The notes under the pieces were generated by a model. It did no database searches. It saw only the letters and a list, made by a program, of their open reading frames with translations, and was not told the DNA's origin. A stretch of DNA of 64,000 nucleotides from Polyangiales bacterium (GTDB lineage: Bacteria; Myxococcota_A; Polyangia; Polyangiales; Ga0077539): NCBI GenBank assembly GCA_044229975.1, contig JBGARZ010000011.1, positions 128,001 to 192,000 on the forward strand, in the 5' to 3' direction. Shown in pieces: positions 41,577-52,185 of the stretch. The stretch's first letter is position 1. Each line of letters begins with the position of its first letter. The position numbers were made by a program, and so were the translations under genes.

Positions 41577-41763
41577 GCGGCATGGTCCTCGGTTGCATGG
41601 ATGGGGGAGTGTTTTGGGGGAAGGAGATGAGATTCAGTGACTGGGTGAGTGGCGCTGCGATGGCGGGGGTGTCGATGCCCGCTCTCTCGGTTGAGCCCTC
41701 TCCGGTGGGAGCCCGACGATGCCGCGTCCTCGGTGGTTCTGCAAGGGTACCCGCGCCGACCGA

Positions 41764-43047
41764 TCAACCTTCTCGCTGCATCAGCTCGGTGTACCGCTCG
41801 ATGGCCGAGATCACCGCGTCCGACGCGTCGGTGAACTCCAGCCCGAACGCGGCACGTCCACGGAGTGTTCCCGCCCGGTGACGCGCCCAGCGTACGAGCG
41901 CCGAGCACTGCACCACCTCGCCGGTCGTAGGGAGCGCGAACCGCACCACCACCCGATCACCCTGCGGCAGCTCTCCGCTCGCGATGACCAGCAGTCCGCC
42001 CGCGGAGATGTCCTCGCTGCGCCCGTCGACCACCGCACCCGTCGACGACATCACCCGCAGCGGCGTCTGATAGAACGACCGCACGTACCGTCGCCGTGGC
42101 CCCTCGTCGGCCGTCCCGCCCGTCATCCCACCGCCGCCCGTCGCGCGCCGCACCTCGTCGGGCGCCGGGGGCGTGTCGTCGAGGAAGCGCGTGGGCGTCT
42201 TGCACAGCCCCGACGTGTCGAGCGCGTCGAGCAGCGAGCGCGCCGAAGGAAACCGAAACGCCGCCACCGGGTGCAACAACCGATCGACGATGGCCGCCAG
42301 CGCCGGCGGAACATCGGGACACACCGACGCGATGGGCGTCACGCCCGGCAGCGACGCGCGCAGGTGCGCCGTGTCGAGACCGCCCGGCATCGGAACCTCC
42401 CCCTGGAGACACTCGAAGAGCGTCACGCCCAGTGAGTAGAGGTCACTGCGCGCGTCGAGCGAGAGGCCGCGAATCTGCTCGGGGGACATGTACTCGGGCG
42501 TTCCGACCAACGGCTCCGGGTCGCTGCTCGCGTCCTCGTCGTCATCGCGCGGGAGCGACGCCACGCCGAAGTCGAGGAGCTTGCTCAGCTCGCCCTGCAC
42601 CCCGCGGATGATCATCACGTTGGACGGCTTGATGTCCCGGTGCAGCACCCCCATCGCGTGCGTCGCCGCGAGCGCGATGGTCACGTGCCGCGCGATGCGG
42701 GCCACCTCCTGCCAGCGCAGCGCGCCACGCGCCGCCAGCAGACCATCGAGCGAGCGCCCCTCCAGCAGCTCGGTCACCACGTACACCCGCTTGCCGTCGA
42801 AGCCCGCGTCGTGGACCTCCAGCACATACGGGTGCCGCACCACGCCCAGCGCGCGCGCCTCGTCGAGGAGCTGCCGACGCGCCACCGGGTGCGACGCGTA
42901 CGACCCGTTGAGCACCTTCAGCGCCAGCCGCCGCGACGTGTAGCGGTGCACCACCTCGTAGACCGTGCTCATCCCGCCGCGCCCGAGCTGCCGCCGCACC
43001 TCGTAGCGATCGTCGATGATCAGCCCCGCTTCCAGGTCTTCCGCCAA
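41764..43047 (-). CDS. Ser/Thr protein kinase with C-terminal PilZ domain (start uncertain)
   Basis: LGRGGM, ALK, HRDIKPSN, DFG, GTPEYMSPE; PilZ RRRYVR...DISAGG...VRW...GLEF. Confidence 0.88.
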   Translation of the reverse strand: MAEDLEAGLIIDDRYEVRRQLGRGGMSTVYEVVHRYTSRRLALKVLNGSYASHPVARRQLLDEARALGVVRHPYVLEVHDAGFDGKRVYVVTELLEGRSLDGLLAARGALRWQEVARIARHVTIALAATHAMGVLHRDIKPSNVMIIRGVQGELSKLLDFGVASLPRDDDEDASSDPEPLVGTPEYMSPEQIRGLSLDARSDLYSLGVTLFECLQGEVPMPGGLDTAHLRASLPGVTPIASVCPDVPPALAAIVDRLLHPVAAFRFPSARSLLDALDTSGLCKTPTRFLDDTPPAPDEVRRATGGGGMTGGTADEGPRRRYVRSFYQTPLRVMSSTGAVVDGRSEDISAGGLLVIASGELPQGDRVVVRFALPTTGEVVQCSALVRWARHRAGTLRGRAAFGLEFTDASDAVISAIERYTELMQREG

Positions 43048-43250
43048 TGCCAATGCTCCAACGCCCTCGTGACGGACCGCGTCTCGTCGGTGTCGTGTGC
43101 CCGCGACGCGCCCGCAGGATAAGCCCCTCCGCCCCCCTCCCCGCAACAGGAACCTCTCTCCCGCCGCGCGACCCTTGTCGGCCGACTGTGGGTGCCTGTC
43201 AGCCCCGTCTGGAATGACGACTTCCCGTGTCGTTGGGATAACATCGGTCG

Positions 43251-46200
43251 ATGCGACGCAGCCCCCTCGCTTTACTCCTCTGTGTATTGGCGATGGTCGC
43301 CGCGTGCGCCGACCCGCAGCGCGCCAACCCCCCGGCCGACGTCGGCTACGTCAAGGACATGGACGCCGGGATCTATCCCGACATCCAGGCGGTGGAGGTT
43401 CCCAACCGGGACGAGCGCCCCGTCGGACCGATGACCGGGCAGCGCTGCCCCGACGACCGCTTCTGCCCCGCGGGCACCCGCTGCATCGGCGGTCGCTGTG
43501 CCGAAGACCCGTGCTCCACCACGCAGAACTCCTGTGGCGAGACCGCCACCTGCTACGCCCAGTGCGTCGCCGTGCGTGACCCCTGCGCGGGCGTCACCTG
43601 CGCGGCGCGCGAGACCTGCGTCGAGGGTCGCTGCGTCGCGGGCTGTTTCCCGACGCCCTGCACCGGCGTGGTGTGCGCCGACGGGCAGTACTGCGACCCC
43701 GGCACCGGCGACTGCGTGGCCGTGCGCCCCTGCACCGCGCCCTGTCCCGACGGCCAGGCGTGTCACCTCCAGTGTTATCCCCGCACGGCCTGTGATGGCG
43801 TCACCTGCGCCACCGGCCAGTACTGCGTCGAGGGCCGCTGCGTCGACAACCCCTGCGCCAGCGTGACCTGCGCCGAGGGCTCGGTGTGCGTCAACGGCCG
43901 CTGCCTCGACTCGTGCCAGTGCGACCCGGCGTGCAACCGCGGCCGCAACGACCGCTGCGTCTTCGGGATGTGCGTGTGCACCCCGGACTGCTCGCCCGAC
44001 GCGCCCTGCGGCGCCGAGGACGGCTGCGGCGGGCGCTGCCCCGGCTCGTGCTCCCGCGCGGGCGAGACGTGCAACCCGACGACGCGCATGTGCGAGTGCG
44101 TTCCGTCGTGCCCGGCGGGCGCGGCGTGCGGGTCGGACAACGGCTGCGGCGGGCGATGCGACGGCGGCTGCGGCACCAACGAGCGCTGCGACCCGGCCGC
44201 CCGCGCCTGCGTCTGCGACCCGCGCTGCCCCGACACCAACCCCTCCACCGTCGCGTGCGGCGAGGCCATCGCCAACGTCTGCCCCGGTCAGCCCGCGTGC
44301 GGCACCGGAACCCGCTGCGCCGACGGCCAGGCCTGCGTGGCCGGGCGCTGTCAGTGCACCGTCTCCTGCCCCGCGGCGAGCGCCGTCGACTGCGGTCAGC
44401 CCATCCGCACCGGCTGCACCGGCTCGCTCTGCGCGGGCACCGGAACCCGCTGCGCCGCCGGGACGGTCTGCACCGCGGGCGTGTGTCGTTGCGCGCCGAG
44501 CTGCCCCAGCGTGAGCCCGCTCTCGGTGACGTGCGGCGCGCCCATCGCCAACGCGTGCCCCGGTGAGCCCGCGTGCGGGTCGGGCCTCATGTGCCCGCCG
44601 GGTCAGCGCTGCAACGCCATGGGCACCTGCGAGTGCGTCTCGTCGTGCCCGGCACCCAGCACCGTCGCGTGCGGCGCGCCCGTCGTCGGCTCGTGCCCCG
44701 GCGTCCCCTGCCCCAGCGCCGGAACCATGTGCCCCGTCGGCCAGGTGTGCACCGACGGCCGCTGCGCGTGTGATCCGCTGTGCCCCGGCGCCGCGTCGGT
44801 CGCGTGCGGCATGCCCATCACCAACCGCTGCCCCGGCAACGCCTGCACCGGCACCGGGACGCAGTGCCCCGCGGGCCAGCGCTGCAACGCATCGAACGTG
44901 TGCGAGTGCGTCCCGGCGTGCCCGGCGGCGAGCTCCGTCGCGTGCGGGACGGCCATCCCCAACGTGTGCCCCGGCAACACCTGCCCCGGCACCGGAACGC
45001 AATGCCCGTCGGGCATGACCTGCTCGGGCGGCACCTGCGTGTGCGCCTCGTCGTGCCCGGCGGCCAACACCGTCACGTGCGGCGCGGCCATCACCAACCG
45101 CTGCGCGGGCCTCACGTGCACCGGCACCGGGACGCTCTGCCCATCGGGGCAGACGTGCACGGGCGGCACCTGCGTGTGCACCAACCGCTGCCCCACCACG
45201 AGCCCTTCGACGGTCGCGTGCGGGACCACCATCGCCAACGTCTGCCCGGGCGGCCCGTCGTGCGGGACGGGGACGATGTGCCCGTCGGGACAGACGTGCT
45301 CCGGGGGCGTGTGCGTGTGCAACCCGATGTGCCCGGCGGTGAGCACCGTCGCGTGCGGGCAGTCGCCGCCGAGCCGCTGCGCCGGCGTCACCTGCCCCGG
45401 CACCGGGACGCTGTGCCCATCGGGTCAGGCATGCACGGGCGGGGTGTGCACGTGCGTTCCGCGGTGCCCTGATGCGAGCACCGTCGACTGCGGATCCGAG
45501 GTGGCCAACGTCTGCCCGGGTCAGCCCGTGTGCAGCTTCGGCACGCGCTGCGACTCCGGGTCGCTCTGCATCTCCAACCGCTGCCAGTGCACCTCCATGT
45601 GCCCGACCACGAGTCCGGCGGCGGTTCCGTGCGGGGTGAGCATCCCCAACCTGTGCAGCGGCGCGCCCGCGTGCGGGACCGGGACGCAGTGCCCGGCCGG
45701 GCAGTTCTGCAACAGCTCGACGCGCGCGTGTCAGTGCGCGCCCATGTGCCCCGCCGTCGACAGCTCGCTCTACGACTGCGGCGCGGCCATCCCCAACACC
45801 TGCGCGGGCGGACCTTCGTGCGGCACGGGCACCCGCTGCCCCTCGGGCCAGGCGTGCACGGGCGGGGTATGCCAGTGCGTTCCTGCGTGCCCGACCACCG
45901 ACCCGGCCACCGTCACCTGCGGCGCAACCATCGCCAACGTCTGCTCGGGCGGCCCCTCGTGTGGTCGCGGAACGCTCTGCCCCACCGGCCAGGTGTGCAG
46001 CTCGTCGGGGACGTGCGTGTGCACCCCGCGCTGCGCCCCCGACGCCGAGTGCGGCGCGAGCGACGGCTGCGGCGGTCAGTGCGTCGGTCGCTGCGCCGAA
46101 GGGCGCGTGTGCACGCGGGACACGGTGGACACCACGCGGCTGTTCTGCGCGCCCGCGTCGTGCCCGACGGGTTGCGCCTGCGGGCAGGTGTGCAGCTTCG

Positions 46201-46310
46201 GGACGTGCGTCTCGCTCTGCGCGCCGGGCACCCGCATCTGCGGCTGCAACAACTGCTGCGCCGGGTCGCAGGTGTGCACCGGCGGCGTGTGCGTCGGACC
46301 GCCGCCGTAG
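43251..46310 (+). CDS. Very Cys-rich tandem-repeat lipoprotein (1019 aa)
   Basis: Lipobox VAAC; 13 tandem 8-Cys units of about 45-48 aa plus DGCGG.C modules. Confidence 0.85.
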   Translation: MRRSPLALLLCVLAMVAACADPQRANPPADVGYVKDMDAGIYPDIQAVEVPNRDERPVGPMTGQRCPDDRFCPAGTRCIGGRCAEDPCSTTQNSCGETATCYAQCVAVRDPCAGVTCAARETCVEGRCVAGCFPTPCTGVVCADGQYCDPGTGDCVAVRPCTAPCPDGQACHLQCYPRTACDGVTCATGQYCVEGRCVDNPCASVTCAEGSVCVNGRCLDSCQCDPACNRGRNDRCVFGMCVCTPDCSPDAPCGAEDGCGGRCPGSCSRAGETCNPTTRMCECVPSCPAGAACGSDNGCGGRCDGGCGTNERCDPAARACVCDPRCPDTNPSTVACGEAIANVCPGQPACGTGTRCADGQACVAGRCQCTVSCPAASAVDCGQPIRTGCTGSLCAGTGTRCAAGTVCTAGVCRCAPSCPSVSPLSVTCGAPIANACPGEPACGSGLMCPPGQRCNAMGTCECVSSCPAPSTVACGAPVVGSCPGVPCPSAGTMCPVGQVCTDGRCACDPLCPGAASVACGMPITNRCPGNACTGTGTQCPAGQRCNASNVCECVPACPAASSVACGTAIPNVCPGNTCPGTGTQCPSGMTCSGGTCVCASSCPAANTVTCGAAITNRCAGLTCTGTGTLCPSGQTCTGGTCVCTNRCPTTSPSTVACGTTIANVCPGGPSCGTGTMCPSGQTCSGGVCVCNPMCPAVSTVACGQSPPSRCAGVTCPGTGTLCPSGQACTGGVCTCVPRCPDASTVDCGSEVANVCPGQPVCSFGTRCDSGSLCISNRCQCTSMCPTTSPAAVPCGVSIPNLCSGAPACGTGTQCPAGQFCNSSTRACQCAPMCPAVDSSLYDCGAAIPNTCAGGPSCGTGTRCPSGQACTGGVCQCVPACPTTDPATVTCGATIANVCSGGPSCGRGTLCPTGQVCSSSGTCVCTPRCAPDAECGASDGCGGQCVGRCAEGRVCTRDTVDTTRLFCAPASCPTGCACGQVCSFGTCVSLCAPGTRICGCNNCCAGSQVCTGGVCVGPPP

Positions 46311-46479
46311 CGGTCGCGAGAGCCCAGCACCAGAAGCCCGGATGGGTCGGAGAGCATTCGCTCAGGTCGACCCAAGGCCCCTCACCGTCGCGAAGCGACG
46401 GGGCTCCCGCCCACGCCATCGATCGTCGAGGGCGCCCGTCCCGTGCTCGTGGACGCGCGAACGGGTCGCCGTGCCCGCG

Positions 46480-46834
46480 GTGAGCGGGACCCACGCCGCG
46501 GCGTCAGCGCGGCGCGCGACGGTCAGGCCCACAGTCCCCGCGGGCCCACGCCGCGGCGTCAGCGCGGCGCGCGTTGGTCGGGCCCACAGTCCCCGGGGCC
46601 TACGCCGCGGCGTCAGCGCGGCGCGCGATGGTGGGGGTGTCGGTCATTCGCGGGGGTAGCGATGAGGTCGTTCGTGGACGCGCGCGTGAGGGTCGCCGAC
46701 ACGTGTTCGTTGGACACGCGAGAAGGATCGCCGGCTCCGCGTTCGCGAACGCCCCGCACGCGGGGCTGCTCACGCTGAACCCGGGACCTGGTACTGACCG
46801 CCTCGCCTGCGCGAGGCTATCTGCACGAGCGTCG
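46480..46834 (+). repeat. Left arm of long inverted mosaic repeat (three 54-55-bp REP-like units plus 107-bp core)
   Basis: CC(C/T)ACGCCGCGGCGTCAGCGCGGCGCGCG at 46490, 46545 and 46599; core 46728-46834 is the reverse complement of 47819-47926 with about 6 differences. Confidence 0.88.
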
Positions 46835-46989
46835 GTCGCTGGAGCGACCGCCGAGAAGGTGTAGTGGGCCACTCGAAGACCGTGCCGTGCTCGCGTCAGC
46901 ACCCGGTGGCCACGAGGTGAAGTCGATGCGGGTGACGCGTACGCCTCAACGGTGCACGGCAGCGATCGCAGGGAAGACTCGGCCTGCGG

Positions 46990-47739
46990 CTACTTGTCGA
47001 GCGGGGCGCCCATCGCGGTCAGGATGCCGTCGCGCGTGGTCTCGCCGAGGATGGAGTCGATGAGGGTCTCCTCCTCGGTGAAGTCCGTTCGCGGCGTCTC
47101 GAACATCCCAATCTTGGTGCCGCTCTCCTTCACAATGACCACGAAGCTCTCCTCGCGATCCAATGTGTGGAAGACCCGGGTGCTGAGCTCCGCGGACACG
47201 GCCGTGGGGAACGACCCCAGCGTCCTGTTCTCGAGCCAGCCGAGTACGTGCGCGCCCTTCGGCTCCAAGCGCAGCGTCTGCCTCTCGCGTTTCACCCCTT
47301 CCCCGATCGCGTCCTCTACTGCCTCGATCGTCGCGTTCTCGACGAACATGAAGCTTCGGGTCCCCGGAGGTTTTGGGGGGAACATCCCGCCGAGCTCCAA
47401 CTCGATGACGAACAGCTCAGGGTCAGGGGCTTTGTCGTACTGCAGGTCCTTCGCGACCTTGCCGCGCCGGCACGTCGTGACCCGTTCGTCGTTCTCTCGG
47501 AAGGAGACCACGTACACCGGCCCCTCGCAGTTGGCGGACAGCTCCCGCGCGACCTCGATCTCCCGCTCGTCGTGCGGATCGCCCGGTTCGTAGTCGACGA
47601 GCGCGAGGTAGGTCCCCTCACCGCGAACCAGCTTGCAGCCCTTGAAGAGCCCGCTCTTCCGGCGGGTCAGGGCCTGGAGCACCTTCGCGGGTACGGCAGC
47701 GATCAACGCGCTCGTGGGGTCAGTCGTCGGGGTCGGCAT
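46990..47739 (-). CDS. Orphan hypothetical protein (249 aa) between inverted arms; possibly immunity-type
   Basis: Lys/Glu-rich, less GC-biased codons, no signal peptide. Confidence 0.65.
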   Translation of the reverse strand: MPTPTTDPTSALIAAVPAKVLQALTRRKSGLFKGCKLVRGEGTYLALVDYEPGDPHDEREIEVARELSANCEGPVYVVSFRENDERVTTCRRGKVAKDLQYDKAPDPELFVIELELGGMFPPKPPGTRSFMFVENATIEAVEDAIGEGVKRERQTLRLEPKGAHVLGWLENRTLGSFPTAVSAELSTRVFHTLDREESFVVIVKESGTKIGMFETPRTDFTEEETLIDSILGETTRDGILTAMGAPLDK

Positions 47740-47818
47740 CGCGCCGAACCATAGCCTTCGATGGCTCGCTCCCTCCACTTGCCGGACACCTACGCCCGCT
47801 CGTCGAGTGCGGAGCGCT

Positions 47819-48061
47819 CGACGCTCGTGCCGATAGCCTCGCGCAGGCGAGGCGGTCAGTTCCATGTCCCGGGTTCAGCGTGAGCAGCCCCGCGCCGCGG
47901 GGCGTCCGCGAACGCGGAGCCGGCGACCTCATCGCGCCCCCCGCGACACGACGACCGACATCGCGACGATCGCGCCGCGCTGACGCTGCGGCGTGGGCCC
48001 CGGGGACTGCGGGCCTGACCATTGCGCGCCGCGCTGACGCCGCGGCGTGGGCCCCACTCAC
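47819..48061 (-). repeat. Right arm of long inverted mosaic repeat (core plus two REP-like units)
   Basis: Reverse complement aligns to the left arm, lacking one unit and the 60-bp block 46671-46730. Confidence 0.88.
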
Positions 48062-48223
48062 TGCGTGCCGACACCCCCGCGCCAACACCCCATCCGTCAC
48101 GCCTCCACTGCCCCGAAGCACCCCGTCCCTCTCCCCATAAGTCCCCTACTTTCGCAGTCCCTGCGCGACGTCAGCCCCGCTTCGTTGGCAACCCGTCACG
48201 CTCCGTCTAGCTTCCGCGCCGCC

Positions 48224-51200
48224 ATGAACCGCGCCGCCTCCTTCTTCCTTCTCCTCGCCGCCCTCGCCGCAGCCTGCGGGCCCGCCCCGGTCAACAACAC
48301 CATCACCCCGACCGGCGACGGCGCCGTGACCTTCGACGCCCCCACCGACGACACCGCGGCCCCCGCCGACGGCACCGTCACGCCCGACGGCAACACCACC
48401 CGCGTGAGCTGTACCGACGACACGCCCTGCACCCCGTTGGGCCAGCGTTGCTATCGCCCGCTCGGGTACTGCGTGCAGTGCACCGCCGACGTCGAGTGCT
48501 CCGGCGGCGCGCAGGTGTGCACCCAGGGCCGCTGCGTCGATCGGGTGAGCTGTTCGACCTCGCGGCAGTGCCCCGGCCAGGTGTGCGACCTCGCCCGCAA
48601 CGCCTGCGCCGATTGCGTCGTCGACCCCGACTGCACCGGCGGCGCCGTGTGCCGACTCAACAACTGCGTCGCCCCGCCGACGGCGTGTACCTCCGACCGG
48701 ATGTGCGCCGCGCTCGATCAGGTCTGCAACGTCGCGCAGGGCCTCTGCGTCGACTGCAACGGCGACCCCGACTGCTCCAACGGGTACTGCACCCCGGCCA
48801 ACACCTGCCTGCCCCGCATGTGCACCCCGAGCGCCACCGAGTGCCTCGGCGTCGACCGCGTCCGCACCTGCGACGCCCGCGGAACCCGCTGGAGCGAGTC
48901 CGCCTGCACCGGCGCTACCGTCTGCTCCGAGGGCCGCTGCGTCGCCCGCGTGTGCGCGCCCGACGCCCGCTCCTGCGCCGACTCCGACAACCGCCGCGTC
49001 TGCAACGCCGACGGCCTCGGGTACACCGCCACTGCCTGCGCCGCGGGTGAGTCCTGCGACCGCGGCGACTGCCTCCCGCGCTCGTGCACCCCCGGCGCCT
49101 CCGTCTGCTCCGACGGAACCACCCGCCGCGTCTGCAACGCCGACGGCCTCGGCTTCGCCGTCTCGCCCTGCCCGAGCGGTCAGGGCTGCGTCACCGGGGC
49201 GTGTGTTCCGTTCGTGTGCACCCCCGGCGCGTCGACCTGCTCGGACGGCACCACGCGACGGCTCTGCGCCGCCGATGGGCAGAGCTTCACCAGCGCCCCC
49301 TGCGCGGCCATGCAGTCGTGCACCGGCGGCGTATGCGTCGCCTGGCGCTGCACACCGGGCGCCTCGATGTGCGTGAGCGGCGGCCGTAGCACCTGCAACG
49401 CCGACGGCCTCGCCTCGACCACCACGCCCTGCACGTCGACCGAGACCTGCCTCGTCGACCGCTGCGTCGCGCGCACCTGCTCGCCCTCCACCAACTTCTG
49501 CGACGCCATGGGCAACCGCCAGCTCTGCTCGGCCGACGGAACCTCCTCCACCCCGGCCCCCTGCACCGCGAGCCAGACGTGCTCGGCGGGCATGTGCGCG
49601 CTCCGCGGCGAGTCGTGCCCCGGCATCGACCTCGTGCCCGACGGACCCACGGCGACGGTGATCCCGACGGGCTTCTCGACCACCGCCGACGTGGGCACCG
49701 CCTGCGGTTCGAGCTCGTCGCGCACCGGGTGGACCGACGTGGTCTTCCGCCTCCCGCTCACCACCGCGCGCGACGTCACGCTCGTCGTCAACACGGGGCT
49801 CTCCAACACCCGCGTGCAGCTCCAGTCCACCTGCGCGACGGGACAGACCGCCATCGGCGCCTGCCTCTCCGGCGGTAACCCCACGCGCCGCTACCGCAAC
49901 CTCGCCGCCGGAACCTACTTCGTCGTCGTCGAGATCTACGGCACCACCGGCCCCATCCAGATCGGCGTCACCACCGCCCCGCCCAACACCCGCCTGCCGG
50001 GCGACGCGTGCCCCGGCGTGGACGTCCCCGTCGACGCCGCTGCGACCACCATCAGCACGGCGATGTTCGACACCGTCTCCGACGTCGGAACCTCCTGCGG
50101 CTCCGACGCGAGCGGCACCTCGCACGACGGCTACACCGACTGGATCGCCCACTTCACCCTCGCCACCACCCGCGACGTGAACATCACCGCCGCGCCCTCC
50201 AACGGCTACACCAGCCGCTTCGAGCTGCGCTCCGGCTGCGGCGCCGCGGGCGCCCCCATCGGCGGCTGCTACGCCCTCACCTCCCTCAACCGCCGCTACC
50301 GCGCGCTGCCTCCCGGCGACTACTACCTCGTCGGCGAGGTGGGCGGTGGCGCCGCGCCCGGCAACGTTCCGGTCACCATCACCACCAGCTCGCCCGACAT
50401 GCGCGCGACCGGCGACTCCTGCGCGTCGGCGGTGCCCGTCACCCCCGATGGCGCGGTTGCAAGCATCCCCCTCGCCACCTTCGACAACGTCTCCGACGTC
50501 GGGACCCCCTGCGGCTCCACCCGCCCCCGCGTCGACGGCTGGTACGACGTGATGTGGCGCTTCTCGCTCACGGCCCCGCGCGACGTGCGCTTCAACTTCG
50601 TCAACCTCCCGAGCACCGCGCGCTGGCAGGTCTACCAGGGCTGCGGCGCCTCCCCGATGGGCACCTGCAGCAGCACCTCCGGGAGCGCCGCCGCGGGCTG
50701 GGTGCGCGGCCTCGCGGCGGGTGACTACTACGTCGTCGTCGAGTCGCAGTACACGTTCTCCTTCCCCACCTCGCTCCAGCTCACGACGGTGGCGCCCGGC
50801 ACCCGTCTGCGCGGCGACGCCTGCTCGACCGCCGCCGAGGTCACCATGGACGGCAGCACACCCGTCGTCGGCGTCACGGGCTTCGACCTCGGCGCCGACG
50901 TCGGAACCGCCTGCTCCACTACCGGCTCGCACGCCGCGTTCAGCGATGCTGTCTGGCACTTCCGCCTCACCGCTCCGCGCGACGTGACCCTCGCCTTCTC
51001 GGGCGCGCCGTCGAGCTTCTCGTGGCAGCTCCAGCGCACCTGCGACACCGCGGGCGGCGTCGTCGCCGGGTGCCTGCTGAGCTCGTACTCGGGCACACGC
51101 CGCTACCGCGACCTCCCCGCGGGCGACTACTACGTCGTCGCCGAGTGGTCGGGATCGGTCACCAACTCGTTCTCCATCACGGCCACCAGCACGACGCCCA

Positions 51201-52174
51201 CGACCCGCGTGGCGGGCGACGTCTGCGCCACGGCGATCACGGTCACCCCCGACGGGTCGGCCGCCTCGGTCGCCGTCGATGGCCTCAGCCTCGGCGGGGA
51301 GTACAGCACCCGCTGCGGGTCGGGCCCTTCGGCGCCGACTTCGTATCGCGATGCGGTGTTCAGCTACACGCTCACGGCGACGCGCGATGTCACGGTTTCG
51401 GTCAACTACGCGAGCACGGCGTCCTTCGAGGTGTGGAGCGCCTGCGGCGACAGCACGTCGGCCCTGCTGAGCTGCGCGCTCACCAGCGGCGGCGTCGGCC
51501 GCATCACCATCCCCCGCCAGGCCGCGGGGACGTACTACATCGTCGCGCAGACCACGGCTTCGGCGGGGCCGCTCGCCGCCTCGGTGAGCACCACGGCCCC
51601 CGGCACCACGAGCGGCTACACCCTCTCCACGTCACCGTCGGGCGTCACCTACGTCAACGTGTGCGGAACCACCGGCGCCAGCTCGGTGCTCCCCAACACG
51701 GACGACGACGCCGTCACCGCGCGACTGCCCTTCGACTTCCGCTTCTGGGGAACGCTCATCCCCACCAACAGCAACGTCGGCATCTCCAGCAACGGGTTCA
51801 TCACCATGGACGGTGTCGCCTACGCGGAACTCTCCGGGGCGATCCCCGACGTCACCGCCCCCAACAGCGTCATCGCCGCCAACTGGATCGACCTCGTCAC
51901 CGGCACCACCGGCGTCTGCTACGCCACGCAGGGCACCGCGCCCAACCGCCGCTGGGTCGTGCAGTGGGCCAACGCTCGCCGCTACTCGGGCTCCGGCCCC
52001 ATCAACATGGAGATCATCCTCAACGAGTCGACCAACACCATCGACCTCGTCTACGACATCGCCATGACCAGCGGCGGCGCGGTCGGTGTCGAGAACGCCA
52101 CCGGGGCCGCCGGCGTCGCGTATCCCATCACCTCCAGCCTCGTCGGCGCGCGGCTGCGCTTCACCCCCAACTGA
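48224..52174 (+). CDS. Giant Cys-rich lipoprotein with five PPC-like beta-sandwich repeats and a C-terminal domain (1316 aa)
   Basis: Lipobox AAAC; C.PG..C...R..CNADG repeats; five GD.C...CG....D....F.L...RDV...L..G.YY.V.E units; DD....LPF.F.F.G.....ISSNG C-terminal domain. Confidence 0.85.
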   Translation: MNRAASFFLLLAALAAACGPAPVNNTITPTGDGAVTFDAPTDDTAAPADGTVTPDGNTTRVSCTDDTPCTPLGQRCYRPLGYCVQCTADVECSGGAQVCTQGRCVDRVSCSTSRQCPGQVCDLARNACADCVVDPDCTGGAVCRLNNCVAPPTACTSDRMCAALDQVCNVAQGLCVDCNGDPDCSNGYCTPANTCLPRMCTPSATECLGVDRVRTCDARGTRWSESACTGATVCSEGRCVARVCAPDARSCADSDNRRVCNADGLGYTATACAAGESCDRGDCLPRSCTPGASVCSDGTTRRVCNADGLGFAVSPCPSGQGCVTGACVPFVCTPGASTCSDGTTRRLCAADGQSFTSAPCAAMQSCTGGVCVAWRCTPGASMCVSGGRSTCNADGLASTTTPCTSTETCLVDRCVARTCSPSTNFCDAMGNRQLCSADGTSSTPAPCTASQTCSAGMCALRGESCPGIDLVPDGPTATVIPTGFSTTADVGTACGSSSSRTGWTDVVFRLPLTTARDVTLVVNTGLSNTRVQLQSTCATGQTAIGACLSGGNPTRRYRNLAAGTYFVVVEIYGTTGPIQIGVTTAPPNTRLPGDACPGVDVPVDAAATTISTAMFDTVSDVGTSCGSDASGTSHDGYTDWIAHFTLATTRDVNITAAPSNGYTSRFELRSGCGAAGAPIGGCYALTSLNRRYRALPPGDYYLVGEVGGGAAPGNVPVTITTSSPDMRATGDSCASAVPVTPDGAVASIPLATFDNVSDVGTPCGSTRPRVDGWYDVMWRFSLTAPRDVRFNFVNLPSTARWQVYQGCGASPMGTCSSTSGSAAAGWVRGLAAGDYYVVVESQYTFSFPTSLQLTTVAPGTRLRGDACSTAAEVTMDGSTPVVGVTGFDLGADVGTACSTTGSHAAFSDAVWHFRLTAPRDVTLAFSGAPSSFSWQLQRTCDTAGGVVAGCLLSSYSGTRRYRDLPAGDYYVVAEWSGSVTNSFSITATSTTPTTRVAGDVCATAITVTPDGSAASVAVDGLSLGGEYSTRCGSGPSAPTSYRDAVFSYTLTATRDVTVSVNYASTASFEVWSACGDSTSALLSCALTSGGVGRITIPRQAAGTYYIVAQTTASAGPLAASVSTTAPGTTSGYTLSTSPSGVTYVNVCGTTGASSVLPNTDDDAVTARLPFDFRFWGTLIPTNSNVGISSNGFITMDGVAYAELSGAIPDVTAPNSVIAANWIDLVTGTTGVCYATQGTAPNRRWVVQWANARRYSGSGPINMEIILNESTNTIDLVYDIAMTSGGAVGVENATGAAGVAYPITSSLVGARLRFTPN

Positions 52175-52185
52175 TCCTCCACCCA

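Noticed and set aside
41660..41763. 6S RNA-like words (TTGAGCC...GGGAGCC)
   Set aside because: The complementary half needed for the long hairpin is absent on both strands.
46490..46627. Three 29-bp repeats with 25-26-bp gaps resembling a mini CRISPR array
   Set aside because: The gaps are near-identical to each other, so it is a tandem repeat; no cas genes.
46760..46818. Superficial TPP riboswitch resemblance (GGGG..GCTGA..ACCCG..ACCTG..GCG.AGG)
   Set aside because: Lacks the UGAGA and GAUAA motifs, the second copy changes ACCTG to ACATG, and no thiamine gene follows.
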